NCBI GenBank assembly: GCA_012026655.1
Contig: JAAILG010000803.1
Coordinates: 1 to 64,000, forward strand
From: Hydrolagus affinis
Lineage: Eukaryota
Direction of reading: 5' to 3'
Length of the DNA: 64,000 nucleotides
Shown: piece by piece, positions 1-13,938 of the stretch
Layout of the letters: every line of letters begins with the position of its first letter
Position numbering within the stretch: the stretch's first letter is position 1
The notes under the pieces: generated by a model
Told to the model about the DNA's origin: nothing
The model's input: only the letters and a program-made list of their open reading frames with translations
Databases searched by the model: none
Position numbers and translations under genes: made by a program

Positions 1-466
1 TTTATACACCCACCTCCACCCCCCCAACCCCCACCCCCACTCAACCCCTCCCCTCAACACCTCCCCAACTCCTTCCAAAATAAAGCGGAAGAGATACAAT
101 TATTTTAAAAGCGGCAAAGAGGGCACTGATGTATATATTTATTGTGAGGCGTAGATTTTGTTTTTGCTCGGAGCGTATTCTATCTCCAGGCACAGAAATG
201 TTATCGCGAGGCAGGTAATGAGACTTTTTCTCCCCACCTCCCACTCCCACTCCCAAGACTATATTGTCTTCCATTAATATGATAATACTCTGATAGTTCA
301 GATTGCCACAGCACCGGCAGTCCAAGGAAAACAAAAGCCTTTCACAATTGGTTTCCAACCAGTTAGGTCAGCCTGTCACCTCCTATGATACTGACATATG
401 CATGGCCAGACAGAATATCCCTGTCTGTTACTCACTGCTGTATATCCCCCCATGCACACCGTGCCA

Positions 467-528
467 CAACAACAACAAATTGCATTTATATAGCACTTTT
501 CATGTCAGGAAAACGCCCTAAGACCCTG
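467..528 (-). mobile_element. L2 LINE 3' tail fragment
   Basis: Reverse complement gives ...gacatgaaaagtgctatataaatgcaatttgttgttgttgt, matching other L2 tails in the window with (TTG)n end. Confidence 0.6.
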
Positions 529-1425
529 AACCTTTTGTTCCTCTGTGAATGCGCAGCATTAATTTACACCCCTTCCCACCCACCCACCCACCGCGATAGG
601 TTCAGGCTAGTTCAAAGTGGTTTGAATAACAAACGTATCGTTTTTTTCCAAATTAAACCTGTAAAGACATATGCGAATTAGATTAGCTGTGTCTCCTTCA
701 TCTGCGTTAAAAAGAAATTTCTTTTGACTTTCGCTCGCAGTAAGAATATCCTTAGTCCTGAGTATCAAAGTCAAACCTTCCTCCCAATTCCTATAGCTTC
801 ACCTGTTCATACTTTTAGCCCCCATTTAGACGGCAGCTGCTGTTTTCCTTTTGTGGATAATTAGCAGAAGTTACTGAATTAATTGCGGTGTCTCGGAGCA
901 GCCATGCTCACACTGATGCTGTGGTGGAGTAAATTCTCTCACCTTCAGGGTGAGGGTTGAGGTTTGTTTTCGCACCAGAGCAACGGGAGGTGTGTAAACA
1001 GCCGTGGTGTCACCAACACTATGTGTTTAGTCCAGGATACACTGCACTCAATGATCCTGCTCGTCTCTGTCTCTCTCAATCTATCTTCCAGAAGAACATC
1101 TAGCAGAAACACCTGAGTACTGAAAATTTTAACCAGTCTTCAAATGTTAAGACCATTTTCTCTTAAAACGTAAATTGGCTAGAATTGTGGGGAATTTTTT
1201 TTTAAAATTCAATCTTAAAAAAGCTGCTTCCAAATTGAGACTGAATTTCCAAGACTTTTTCACATTCTGTAAATTTCTTAAATCCGTAGGCAAAATGGTC
1301 TAGAGAAAGGGGTTAGGTTTCTCACTTTTCCCATAAATACACACAATGATTTGAGTTTGAGGTGTTATAATTAACCAACTGCATAGACAATTTGAAATAG
1401 TCATTATTGCCTTTATCTAAACTAC

Positions 1426-1650
1426 AATAATCCCTCCCAAAAAAAACACAACAATAAAATTGGTCATTTCAATTCACGACTGTTTATGGGGGACGCAGTT
1501 GTGCACAGTTGGCTGCCACGTTTCAACCTACAATTATACAGTCAATTCACTTTACAGTATATTCTGCGAAGCACTTTGATACACCGTCTAGAAGTTGTGA
1601 AAAGCGCTATATCAAAATGCAAGGATTATTATTATTATTATTATTATTAT
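1426..1650 (+). mobile_element. Young tRNA-derived SINE, 5'-truncated
   Basis: aattggtcatttcaattcacgactgtttatgggggacgc...aaaagcgctatatcaaaatgcaaggattattatt; same body and tail as full copies at 22821 and 36872. Confidence 0.9.
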
Positions 1651-1671
1651 AAAATTGACATTGATGCCTTT

Positions 1672-1950
1672 CATGTCAGGAGGCTGACCCCAGGTACTTG
1701 ACATTACTGGCTGGACACCTGAGCTGAGGGTGAGAGATGAAGGCAGTGGAGAGAGAGGGAAGGAGGGAGACCGAAAGCGCGGTCTGAAACACTACGCCTG
1801 ATGCAGAGAGAGAGAGAGAGCGTGAGAGAGAGAAAATAGTCACACGTTTTGATGCCTGACGACAGACATCAACTTTTTGAGGATTGGCTTCGGGGGGAGT
1901 GGGGGGGTGAGGCTTCTGAGCAGCGAGGAAGACTGAGCAAATGCTGAAGG
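1672..1950 (-). mobile_element. Decayed L2 ORF2 fragment
   Basis: Purine-rich + strand (gaccccaggtacttgacatt...) resembling the antisense of the L2 RT 'VKYLGV' region; recognised by eye only. Confidence 0.4.
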
Positions 1951-3169
1951 CTGCCAGCGTTGTCAATATAACAAGTTTATAAAGTTCCGAGATGCGATGT
2001 GTTCAATATGACCCTGGGACAGCTGGAAGAGGTGTCCTCCAGCTGCACTCTCCGAGCACCTGAAATCCCTTCTCGCCTAATTAAAAGCACTGCTCATTAA
2101 GCTGCACTCGCTCCACTCTTTAACATGCAGGGCCAGGAACCAGTGTCTTACATCGCCCGTCTTTATAAACAGGCACCCAAAGGCCTGCGAGGCAGCCCAC
2201 TAAATCACCGCTCTCTTGTGTTAATCCACTAATGGTCTTTCACCCTTTTCTCCAGTGATTGAGAGGGGCTGGGGGGGGGGAAACATTCCCGCGGGGTTGT
2301 GCGATAGAAACAGCGCAGAAACGAGTTAGTTTTTGATTTTTTCAAAAGGCCGTGTTTAATAATAATATTAGTAATAATCATGATCATCATTGCAGTTCGT
2401 ATGATGCCCCTTATCACGTCTTCGGGACAGTTGCTTCTTACAGTAATTAATTATTAATTCATTCGTTTAAACAAATGATTAGAAAATAATTAAAATATCC
2501 CCTATCGCAAACTGTGTTTCACATCTGCTGCCACACAATTTTTTTTCTCTCTGTTCCTTAATGGGCAGGTATTAGAATATTTCTGTTGCAGTGGCCAGTT
2601 TCTGATTATCCAGAGTACAGTACAGCTGAGTCAAACTCCCTCTTTCTCTCTCTCTCTTCTCTCGCGTTGCTTTTAAAATTTGCTACGGAACCAATTTTAA
2701 ACAAAAGGGACTTAGTCGGCATCTGGTGGCTTTCAAACTAAACCATTCTTTATGGTATATTTGCACAACGTCCATCCTGTAACATATCTCGTCTTCAATG
2801 TGAAATGCACTATATGGCTTTGCTCGCTTTGATTCTACGTTATTGTGCGTCGGAATCCAGAGTTAAGACCTCGAAGGCTCAGTTGAATTAACCAGCTTTA
2901 TGTAATTGCGAAATGGAAAGAGGTCGAAAGTTGGTGGGAGGCGTGGAGAATATTGATGCTTCCATTTAGCACATCATCCAGCCCTATGGGTCTTCAAAGT
3001 GAAGGCAGCCAACTTCAGTGGCAATTAGTGTTGGGACTATAAGGACATTAATGCTGTGCAAGATAGAAAATGTAGAAACTTTCAACACAATTTGTCCCAT
3101 TGCACTTGTCCAGTCCTACTTTTTAACCCCCTTTTTCAACTAAAGCCTTCTCCTCTCACATCCATGCCA

Positions 3170-3275
3170 TGATCTGCTCTGCCTTCCCTCACCTCCATAA
3201 CATTGACCGACTTTGCCATCACTTTGCCCCTCAGGCCGCTGAAACTCTTTATTCATGCCTCTATTGCGTCCAGGT
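3170..3275 (+). mobile_element. Decayed L2 ORF2 fragment
   Basis: cacctccataacattgaccgactttgcc...gctgaaactctttattcatgcc resembles L2 'HLRNIARLRP...AETLIHA'; homologous to 52910-53010. Confidence 0.65.
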
Positions 3276-3904
3276 GATTCAGATCTTTTGAATGATTTGT
3301 TTGATTAAAAATACAAACGCTACCTGATTTGAGATGTCCCCGCACACCGTTAAAGGATCAAATACAAGGGATTATTATCATTATTACTATTCTTCTTATT
3401 ATTATTGTTATCATTTTTATGGGCACAGAGAGAAGCAGATGCTTTGAGAGGTTAGCGCCATGTTTGACACAATGGATACAGGGTATTCTTGCTGTTTTAC
3501 CGCAGATCTTTTGGTTCTGACTTATGTGCAGTATAAGTATGTAATTTATCAGTGTCCAGCAACAGACAATTCAGTCCAGAGAATCAGCTACTGTGGCAAC
3601 TTTAATAGCACTGAGCTAATGAAATAATACAGTGGTGGACAGCTCTCGTACATTCAGCACTCCGAACCTGGCATTTTAACAAAACTGAATTAGATTTTTT
3701 TTGTTTAAAAAAAAGAGATCCACTTTGTTTTCCCAAAGGATAATTGTTCAGGAATGACGTCTTTTTTTACACACCAATCTGTGATATACCATGGGTTATG
3801 GGTTGATGCTTTGATCACCAGTGGCATCCTTAAAATTGTCGCTCAAACAGCTGAGATCGGTGCGTGTGAGCAGATCTCTGGAGGGTTGAGTTATTACAAC
3901 TGCG

Positions 3905-4190
3905 AATAAGAACCCTTGCATTTGACATAGCGCCTATCACATCAGGATGACATCCCAAAGTGCTTCACAGTAAAGTGGAGTAACTGTGTGTTTTGTGAGT
4001 GAATGCGGCAGCCAATTGTCCCACAGACAGCCATGGAATGACTGACCAATTTTATTTGGGCGACTGTTGGTCAGGACATTGTGAGAAGCTCTCTTCTCTT
4101 TACGGATATCAAAAGGGTATTTTTAACCTCCATCTGAGCAGGCAGACAAGACCATGGTTTAAAATCTCATCTGAGGGACAGACATCTCAT
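3905..4190 (-). mobile_element. Older Deu-domain SINE (AmnSINE1/SacSINE1-like)
   Basis: Minus strand reads cagatgagattttaaacc...ctgcctgctcagatgg...ttctcacaatgtcctgaccaac...aattggctgccgc...ggcgctatgtcaaatgcaagg. Confidence 0.8.
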
Positions 4191-4329
4191 CCAAAGGATC
4201 TCAGATTACATCAAGGAATGGGCATTTATAAATCTTCTTGCAAAATATTGCAGAATAAAGTCCCAAAGTTGAGTGAATGTGGCACGTAATACTTAAATCA
4301 TGCATTTGATGTAACAATTATAATGTTGA

Positions 4330-4620
4330 AATGTCTCAAAAGCAATTGCTGTCAAGTGTATTTGTAGGCCAAACTGGCAGCCAATTTGCATTCAACAAGG
4401 TACGACAAACATAATTTACCTGGATGATTGTTGTCCGGGATATTGGAAGAAACTCCCATTTCTTTTCAAACACTGCCTTAAATAGGTGGGTGGGCAGTAC
4501 CTCAATTTAACTTCTTATCTGTAGGACACAGCTCTGATAATGCAGCACTCTTCCCAGCCTAGATTGTGAGATCAAAATCCTAATGTGGGGTCCTTGACTC
4601 AAGAGGTGAGAGTACCAGCA
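4330..4620 (-). mobile_element. Older Deu-domain SINE, decayed
   Basis: ggcagccaatttgc, tttaacttcttatctg, gataatgcagcactc, cagcctagatt, tgactcaagaggtgagagt occur in the expected antisense order. Confidence 0.65.
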
Positions 4621-5489
4621 AGTTGTCATCCTTGACAAGATTAAACCAAGCCACAGATCCAAAATCAACTGAGGTACTGTACTTAAGACGGAGAGAGAAA
4701 GGCAAGCGCATTGAGGTACATGGCGAAAAATCCGGGAGATGAGATTTGGAAAATAAAAAGCTGTCATGAAATTAATAAAATAGTCTTGAAGGCTTGAAGA
4801 GTCACAAAATCCACACAATTGGTGTGGAATGAAGAAAGGCTCATTGTTCCATCTGATTCCACGCCTCCAAAACAACAACTTACCATGTGCGGCTGTGTGG
4901 CCCACGTATCTCCAGCGAAAGTGTGCAAATGACTCCAGGTACTGCTTATCATGCAATCCGCCAGCCTAACTGACATCTGTCAGCCCCAAAGCAGGCGTCT
5001 CTCCAGTGAAATGTGCTTTAATGCTACCAGGAGAGTCGTGTTCTGTCAGATGATAACAGAGAGGAATACAAAGCTAAGTGCAGACTGCTGCGTGGACACA
5101 GGGGGAACGTGGTGTTATGGTCCCTATGGAGCGAGAAACGGGAAGATCTTTCTGGCTTCATCATTGAGCATCGCCTTTAGAGAGGAGGAAGAGAAGCGTT
5201 TCGCCATCCCACTCTCCCTTCAGGCGCTAGAGCCCGGATGAAAACGGGAACTGTGACCCCCCGCCGTCACGCAAAAATTACGATAGGGTTTAAGGCAACA
5301 ATTGGTCCGAAGACCTTTCCTAAGCTAAGGCTGAGGAGTTAAGCATCTCAGTCACTGGCTTTCGGAGTTCCGATCCTCCCATAGCTTCCAGATCGGGGGT
5401 TTAGAATTACTATTGCCATCTTCTACAAGAGCATAAAAAAAATTCTGATTGGACGGAGAAAAAGGGCAAAGGATGACAAAGTTCTGGTC

Positions 5490-5636
5490 AACTTGTGTTC
5501 GTCAACTTTTGACAAATAGCATTTCTTCTTCTTGACATAGAGGGTAATTAGGTAGTGGAACGCATTGCCAGGAAGGGTGATTGAGGCCAGGAAGCTGAGA
5601 TTCATTTTGAAACAGCTTGATGGTGTGATGGAATGC
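5490..5636 (+). mobile_element. CR1 LINE ORF2 C-terminal fragment (pseudogenised)
   Basis: Translates F-L-T-*-R-V-I-R-*-W-N-A-L-P-G-R-V-I-E-A, the CR1-clade 'FFTxRVVxxWNxLP' motif with in-frame stops. Confidence 0.8.
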
Positions 5637-7544
5637 TGGGGGTGGGGTGGGGGGGTGGTGAGAGGAGTGGGGGGAGGTGGATATTCTGAAGGGATAAGAA
5701 TAGATGATCTGAAATACCTGTTTCATCCAAACCAGCCCTGTTTTCCTGTAATTTTTTTCACTTGGTCTCGTCAACAAGCAAACAAATCCAAAACTCAGAC
5801 CCCCGCCCCCAACCCCCCCCCACCCACAACAAAAAAAATTCCAACGTTCCTTGTTCTTGGAGAACCACAACAACAGCCATGAAAGAAAAAAAAAGCACCA
5901 GTCCTAAGCTTGTATTTCCCCTTTCACTCTCTATTAATGTATTTTATGTCACAGGTGGGCATCTCATTTCCCACTTTCATCTAATCTGAACTGTGCAATC
6001 ATGTGTTTCTTGACATTAATGACAATCCTAAGATATTTAATATCTCAGCCTCCAAAATGCACGTACTGTACTGTATTTCTTTATTGCTGATGGGGGGAGA
6101 AAAATTGCAGTGCAGAGCTTTCTGCTGGCAGCGAAATTTGCCCCAGCAACATTGTGAGTTTCCCAGTAAACAGGTGTGTAGGGGTGTCAAGGTGGAGTGT
6201 AACTGCACGGCTGAAATGGCAATAAAGCAACTCGACAACTTAAGCAGTTGTTATTCACATCCCACAATCTATAACTTTGTAAAAAAAAATCAAATTAAAT
6301 CAAATCAGGTATGTGGAGAGTCACTGAATGCGAGGACTCTGGCTCCTTCAGTGATAAAAATGAAATTGCATTGGCGTGTTGGTCTTGCACCATTTGCTTG
6401 CTGGTTTGAGATGTGCTGACTTCCTAAAAGCAAGATGTACTGTAACACAAGCTGCTTCTATAAAAGAAGATGCAAGCCAAGCTCATTTTCGCTGGTGACT
6501 GTTGCAACCGCGATAATCCTTGCATTTTGACGCAGCGTTTTATCGTATCGAGATGTCTCAAAGTGTCTCAAAAGATTTCACTGTGTATTTTGTTGCAGGT
6601 GCTGCACTCACTCGGCAGGCAATTTGCGCACAACAACGTCCTGCAAACAACAACAACAACTTGCGTTTGTATAATGCCCTTCACCCCAGGCCAGTGCCTC
6701 GGAGCTATGAAGTGAGCCAGCAATTTTATTTTGGGGGTGGGGAGTGGGGGAGTGGGATTGATGGCTTTGCATGCTCTAAAATGCAACATTAAAAAGAGTA
6801 AATCTACATGCCGGTGGTACTTCCTCCCCTACAGTGCTTCACTGAAGCTGAAATCGATCTCATTTGTAAGATCAATGAGGCATTCTGATTTTACATGCTA
6901 CTGTACCTGTAGGAATTAAAGCGCATTCAGAAAAATATACACACACTTCGGCTTGCATTGAAATCCAACAGGGTTTATCTTTGGGAGAAAGTCCATTCCC
7001 AAACGTCCTGTTGGAAGCGGTTGCGTTGATGTCTCGAAGTGTCCTCTTTCATCTTCTACCTTCTTGACAAAAAGATAGCTCGACTGAAATCTTAACGTGA
7101 AGGATTTTAAATAATAATTCACCGCCACCCCCCCCCACCACCCTGCCCCCACCTTCCCCCACTTCCCCCACTCCCCTGGCACAAATGTTATCATTAAAGC
7201 AAGCTTGCCTTTCACAATAAACGGTGGGTCCATTGTGACTTGAAGACTGGAATGTCCCCCTGACGTGAAAGCATTATTTTTATTGACCCAAACCCTCTGT
7301 GCGGGTTAGCAGAGTACCCAAAGAGTCAACAGAATATTCTCAAAACGTACCCAGAGTATCCAAGCCGCTATTCATTTGTGTGAGAGACCATCATATCTCA
7401 CCCTCACACATGTAGTCCCACTGAGTTATGGATCTTTTAAACTTATGAAAGAACAGTCGTATCTCACTGTCACTGATGAGATATTACATATTTACTTGCA
7501 GAAATCCTCTCCCGCTGAATGATAGTGTTATCCTCCAGACTTGT

Positions 7545-7690
7545 GCTTCCGTTATTTCACTGTTTCGCCTACAGAATTGACAAGTCGGTTGAACTTCGCA
7601 GTATGTTCTGCGAAGCGCTGTGAGACGTCTCGAAGACGTAATGAGGCACTATATCAAATGCAAGGATTATTATCAGTATTATTACTATTA
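7545..7690 (+). mobile_element. Young SINE 3' fragment
   Basis: gaagcgctgtgagacgtctcgaagacgtaatgaggcactatatcaaatgcaaggattatt. Confidence 0.8.
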
Positions 7691-8137
7691 GTCAGATTCA
7701 CTAGGAAATGACTTCAATGATTTAAACTCTCAATAAAATCCAGACATCATCATCTTATAACAGTAAAACATGTTTTTTTAACCTCACTCAACAGGTGCGG
7801 AACAAAAGCAATAATAATTATATGACTGCTATCTACTTGGATTATTTTACATATAATTGGGCCACAAAATGCACAATTATGACACTTTATGGTGGCATCC
7901 TGTGAAGTAGTATGCGGTGTCCTCCCAACAGGTACCCAATGCAAGGATGCTTCTGATTATTTTATTCATGTTTAAAACACCGCCACTGATTCCAGAGGGA
8001 ACGGAATAATGTAGATAAATGCCGCGTAGGAGTTACAGAGCACACAATTGATTTTCTACTGATTTTCACACCGATTCCAAGGTTTCTATTTACAAAGCGC
8101 ATATAATGAATAGTAAAAACCCATCATGGTTCCATGA

Positions 8138-8200
8138 TGTGGGACGTCTGCGCGACGTGAAAGGCTCTCTATCAATGTAATATTGTTGTTGTTGTTGTTT
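8138..8200 (+). mobile_element. L2 3' tail
   Basis: gggacgtctgcgcgacgtgaaaggctctctatcaatgtaatattgttgttgttg. Confidence 0.7.
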
Positions 8201-8445
8201 CCAGGGTCATGGGAACGGAAAAAATTATGATCAGGTTTTGGTCCTTCAGCTGATGGAGTGAGAATGTCATTGTCTCATAACAACAACAACAACAAAAATT
8301 ACACTTATTTAGCTCCTTTCACGTCTAGGCATAGTCTGAAATACTCGGGTCTCAGCGCGAACCTTGCTTCTTTACTGCAGTCAGGTAGAAGTGGGCATAA
8401 TCGAGTACAATGAGTCAACTGTTTAAGCCACAGAGTGAAAAAAAG

Positions 8446-8560
8446 AATAATAATCCTTGTGTTTGATATAGCGCCTTAACCAAGCCAAACTGAGACTTCT
8501 CAAAGCATGTTTCAGAATATCCTCCTCAGTAAATTGACTGTATGTGTTTTGCGGGTGATA
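8446..8560 (-). mobile_element. Young SINE 3' fragment
   Basis: aataataatccttgtgtttgatatagcgcc...aaattgactgtat. Confidence 0.7.
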
Positions 8561-11500
8561 ATGAGCCTTGTTACCAAAATCATTATTATTATTATGATGA
8601 TGATGTAGACATATGCGGTAGCATTAAGCAAACATAGTTCCTAAAATCATCTGTGCAACTGGGACTGCTTAGAAGGACTATTATGCAGAAAAGGGCTTGA
8701 CAAAAATGCCTAGTGAACCAAAATATCATCCTCCTGCAAAACGTAGGTCTTTTAGGAAGCTCAAACATCACTAGGAAAAGTAACATTCATCCATGTGTAA
8801 TGTGGTGTTAATGGATGGACATGCAGAAACATGTGAGCAGGTAACTTACGACAATACTAGCAAGGCTCAGCCAGAGGAGTGACAGTGGTAGTGGGTGGGG
8901 GAGATCGGGTGGGGGGGGGGGGGTATATGCCAATAGGGATGTATATTGGCAACATAACCCCGCTACCAAGCTCGCTGCAACCAAGGATTTACCTACAGGG
9001 ATCAGCCGAGGGAATCTTCCCAGCACGTTTAACACTGCATTAAAGCAATGAATCCTCTGAACCCTTCCCTCTGCCTGTCAGTCCGAATGGGTTTAATCTT
9101 GTTAAAACTCTGTGAAACTACATTAGCACGTTGATTGATTGCCTTTTACATGTGGGTATTACTGTATTAATAAAAGCATGGACTCAGGTAGCAAAGAGGC
9201 AGGAGTGACTATGCACGGAGAGCTTTAATTTATGCCGTGCAAATCAGGCGCCCTGTTCACCTCTGAATGCCATACAAAATTAATGTATATGATTGAGAAC
9301 TGCTGTACTGAACTAGACAGAAACTGCAATACCAATTTATATGATAAACTTGGATTTAAAGGGAGTGATACCTGATTACCTGGATTAGCTAAAAGATTTG
9401 CATTGGAACATTGTACAGTATTGAGTGAACACTGATACCACGCGCACGGTAATGAGAGCCGCAAGTATTGATATGAATGTACACTGGTTTTAAAGGTGTC
9501 TACTTGATGTGCTAGGGCTTAAGAATAGTGTGTCCTCCATCATGGACTAAATATAGTTCTCATTTCAAGGATCTCGTTGATCTACAGTGCTTTTGAGTGC
9601 CTTTACCTCGCATTGTGCTGGCTGAGGATCCCAATCATGTGGCTGAAAGGTGGAAATGTTCTTCACCTTCTCCTTACTATTCCCCTTCCCCCACCTCCCC
9701 CCCCCACCCCCACCACCATCATCATCACCATCGCAACAACAAAATAACAGCAATTTGCGTCCATGCCATTGCACGGGCAATAACTGAATCTTCTCCTCTA
9801 CCTTCCTGAAGGTCACGATGGATAAAGTGCTGATTGCAGTAGAGTAGACAGTCATGTCCACTGTCTCACAAGCCTATTTTCTCACACAGTTTCAAGCCAT
9901 GATGTTAGAATGTGCCTTTGATTCTGACTCTAAGACATAAGTCCCTTTATTTTAACAAATGCCGCATGTAGTACTCATCTTACACTTGAGGTTGGGGTTG
10001 GGGTGTGGGTTGGGGGGTGTGGTGGGGGCGGCTGGTGTGGGTGTGGGGAGACAAACTCTCTTTGCGGAACAGGATCATCTGACTCCTCTCAGAACAAGAG
10101 TATCTATCTTCAGTCACAATGGAGCGCTACCACTGTACATTACTCAGCTGTATGATAGTTTAGCTTAGGTGAGCAGTCTGAATCTGAAGCGAAGCATCAG
10201 GTTGCATGCAGAATGCTTTATTTATCACATAAACACGAGGTCCCAGCATGAAATCAAACAGATCAGTCTTTACCTGCCAACAACATTTTAATATGATCTG
10301 TCAATGAAGAAGTTAGATGTCTTTTGCTTTTGAAAGAAATGTCATCAAATACCTAATATCTCTCTATCTCTCTCTCTCTCTATATATATATATATGTGTG
10401 TATTTGCATATTATATCATGCAAGCTGGTCACTTTGGTACTTTATTAGCTAAAAAAAAAGTTCCACAGAATTAATTGGTAACTTAGATTTATGTGGGGGG
10501 TTTTTGGCATCAAGTTTGTAGCAATTTTGTAGAGTATACTTTATTGTCTATCACTCTGAATTATTGCTAACAATATAATTAGGTGTCCATAGCCTCTTAC
10601 TCGGTGTAATGGACAGGCACATTTTTATTTCCGTGAACGTGCAGATGATTTAGAATGCTTTCAGCCTGCAAAAACTAAAAGTTCGGATGCTACACGGAAA
10701 CCAGGGCAGAAGAGGAAATCAGGATCAGGATGGGTGGCTTCTTGGAAGAGCAAGAGAAGACATGAAATAATGGACTGAAGGACCAGATAGAGGAACAATT
10801 CACCATTCCAAAGGCCTTTCACGTTAATCTGGATCATCTGAACCTCAATTAATTCATTAATCTGAACCATTAACATCACTCCTGAAGACCCACATCTCCA
10901 ACAATGTGACTAACCCTCAGCAAACCACTGGAGCAGTGGCTTTGATTCTGATCTACTTTGGGGCTTAAAAACTCACAAGTTCTGATCCTCAGCAAACGTG
11001 TAGGATTAATCAGGGGCCAGCCATCAAAATGGTTGTCTAGGAGTACCCAATGCCACTGGAACTTCGCCTTCTGACACCAGTTTGAGAGGGTGGTTGAAGA
11101 AAATGGTATAAATCACAACTGCCGCGGTAGATCTGGGTTGGATATGTGAAGGGCTCACAGGCTGATTCCTTCGTGAAAGCTCTCCCAGAAACTTTCCATT
11201 GACCCTATTCCAACATTATTAACGAACACGAAAACATAGATGTACAGATAGCATTGGCACAGATTTGGCCAATGGCGTCTGTGTTACTGATACCTGATTT
11301 TTTCTAAATCACCCTTTTGTTATTAATCCTACTGTGCATCTCTCTCTTCCTCCCCCCATGCCACGCACAAAAATAAATAAATTCTAGTGTCCCCAAGCTT
11401 TGGCTTTTGTCAACGAGCATCTAAATGCTCTTCCGAATTAGCTAAGCAAAGTGTATTCCAGACACAGGGAGGTTTTCATGTGTAGGTAGGGAGGGTGACA

Positions 11501-12559
11501 GACATGTGTGGAAGACCTCCCCTCACACACATATGCTTTAACAGTTTTATTGCTATGCAGCTCATCAGTTTTGAACACTTCTATCGATCCACAACCAACA
11601 GCTACTTGTGTAATAGATTCTGATTGCAAGAGTTGCAGGTTAACGAAATAAGGAAATAGATTTAATAAATAATTGATTCGGGTGTTGAACTTTTTTTCAC
11701 ATTCCTCGTAAAATGGAATATGGACTGACTATGCTCCCATCGATAAGAGTTAGTACACGGCATCCATGTAATTGTTGCTTGACTTTTCCCAGTGTTAATC
11801 AGTAGCAACATTTTCAACAACTTGAAACTGATCAAACCAAAGTCAGGCTTCACGTAATGTGTTCAGAAACACCTCTCATTCACAGGCTGTTATTCAAACA
11901 CTGAGAAAAAAAAAACTCTTAACCCACAAAACAAGAGCAGAGCTTTCCATAACATTGCATAACATTAAGGCCTTTCTGTCAGGTTGAGAACAAAGCTTCC
12001 CCCCCACCCCCAAACAACCCCCCACCACTGAATTTGTAATTGTAAAGCATAAAATACCAGGCTTTCTGACTGCAATATAAGTTGTCTAATTGATACTCAA
12101 ATTTCATCATTAAAACCAAACAGATAAAGCACACCTCAAATTGCTTCCGTTGAAACTTCTCAATTCAATTTAATCTAATACTCTCAGGGGGATTCGGTAG
12201 GCAGGGTGCATCTCTCCAGGGAGAGAGAGAATGTATTCTTTTCAGATACAGGGAAATTTCTATGTGTAGGTGGCATACATTTGGGAAAAACTCTCCAATT
12301 TAATCTAATATGCTACCATAACCACCATCCTGTGTTAATACTTGTTTTTTTCAAACGGAATATAAATGATAGAACCTTTTTTAGTTTGGATGTGTTCGGT
12401 GTATGATACAAAAAGATTAACAAGCTTAAGACTGTCCAAACTAGACTGAGAGAAGAAATTCTCACCTTCAAGACCTCCCTCCCTCTCCGATCCCCTCATT
12501 CCCCAATCCACCATTTGGTTACTCAGCTTGACTGCTGGTATCGACCTTCTGTTTGTCAC

Positions 12560-12870
12560 TCGCACTCTCCACTCACTCCACCATCGGTTGTCTCGCTTTC
12601 AGCCACTATGCCCCCAAACTTTGGAACACTCAGTCCCTCCGCCTTAAATCCTAACCCTAACCACCCACCCCTTACCTCTCTTGGCTTTTTCAAGCCCCAC
12701 ATTAAAACCTTCCTTGTCGACTGTCAAACTTACAATCAACTCCCCCACCCACACCCACCACCCCCCACCCCAGCTCAGAGTCAGGCTCCGCCACAGTTAA
12801 GCATTCTGAGACACTCCCCTGCATGGAGGGCACGGTATAAATGCAAGTTGTTGTTCTTGTTGTGGTTGTG
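12560..12870 (+). mobile_element. L2 LINE 3' end (ORF2 end, 3'UTR, tail)
   Basis: caccatcggttgtctcgctttcagccactatgcccccaaactttggaac (L2 'TIGxRAFSxxAPxLWN'), then tataaatgcaagttgttg tail. Confidence 0.8.
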
Positions 12871-13877
12871 GAAGAACAGGGTCAATCGACTTCCGCTGGC
12901 CAGGCCTGATACAGAAACCGACAGCTCTTTAGAAAGCACCAATGTAAAGTTCAAAACTAATGTTAAGAGCTGTCTATTTGGTCTTGATTTTGCCAATACT
13001 CCACTTTCCAGCTTCAACTCCCCCCCACTTCATTGAGATAATTACTGAATGTTGAAGATCAACACTTTTCTCAATGCTGCTATAGTTCTGCAAGCCTTGA
13101 TGATTGAATACGAGAGGATGGTTGAAGCTGGCCTCATGCCAGCCATGTGTGTTGCCATTTGCTTATCTGCGACTGGAGGGTGTACGAAAGCCTCAAAGAT
13201 TACAAACGAATAAAGGAGAGCAGCACACACCGGTGAACCTGGGAAGAGCCTGACCTTTCTGCCAACGTATCTGTCATGTACAGCGCATTCCACAGATTTC
13301 ATGCATTTTACACCAAATTCATTTCTTATTAGGGTAAAGACATGTTGCTCTTAAAAGAGTTGATTTCATTAGCCGTGTCAACTATACCCAGAGAGCCGGT
13401 GTCGAATCTGCAAGGAGATATTAAAATTCCTGTTTCGCAGCTAAAATGTCCCGCAGCAGTTTTGACGATTTACATACGGAAAAGGAAACGCATTTTAATT
13501 TGCCGTGAGCGTTGATGTGGGATATTTTTCAAGCAGCGAAAACTCCACTGGCCCCAGGTTGGATCGGAACCAAATTGGAACGAACCATTCTGCACAAATG
13601 TATCCACTGCAGAACAAATTAAGCATCGGACATGCAGTTTCCGCACAGGGATCAACTTGTTCCTGTAGTTCGCCCCCTATTCCCTTCCAACATTCAAAAT
13701 CCAATATAAACGCCTGACTTTTCAACTGTACTTTTAGTTACCTCCCACTCCCCAACTCAGGCTCCCAGTTATCTGAGTGACACTCTTTGACATGTCCAAT
13801 CGCTACAAAAGGTGCCATATTAACCTAAACTCTGGTTGTTCAGACCGAAACCATGAGAGCCTCCAATGTGTGTATGG

Positions 13878-13938
13878 TTTGGCACGTCCTCCCGACGTGA
13901 AAGGCGCTCTATAAATGTAATTTTGTTGTTGTTGTTGT
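13878..13938 (+). mobile_element. L2 3' tail
   Basis: acgtcctcccgacgtgaaaggcgctctataaatgtaattttgttgttgttgttg. Confidence 0.75.

Noticed and set aside
5636-5680. G-rich G-quadruplex-like tracts (also 9989-10050, 23505-23555, 50145-50185)
   Set aside because: Common low-complexity runs throughout the window with no specific context
12648-12662. Telomere-like cctaaccctaacc
   Set aside because: Only two units, inside an L2 fragment
12515-13036. Longest ORF (173 aa)
   Set aside because: Runs through an L2 3' end and a C-rich tract; no coherent domain
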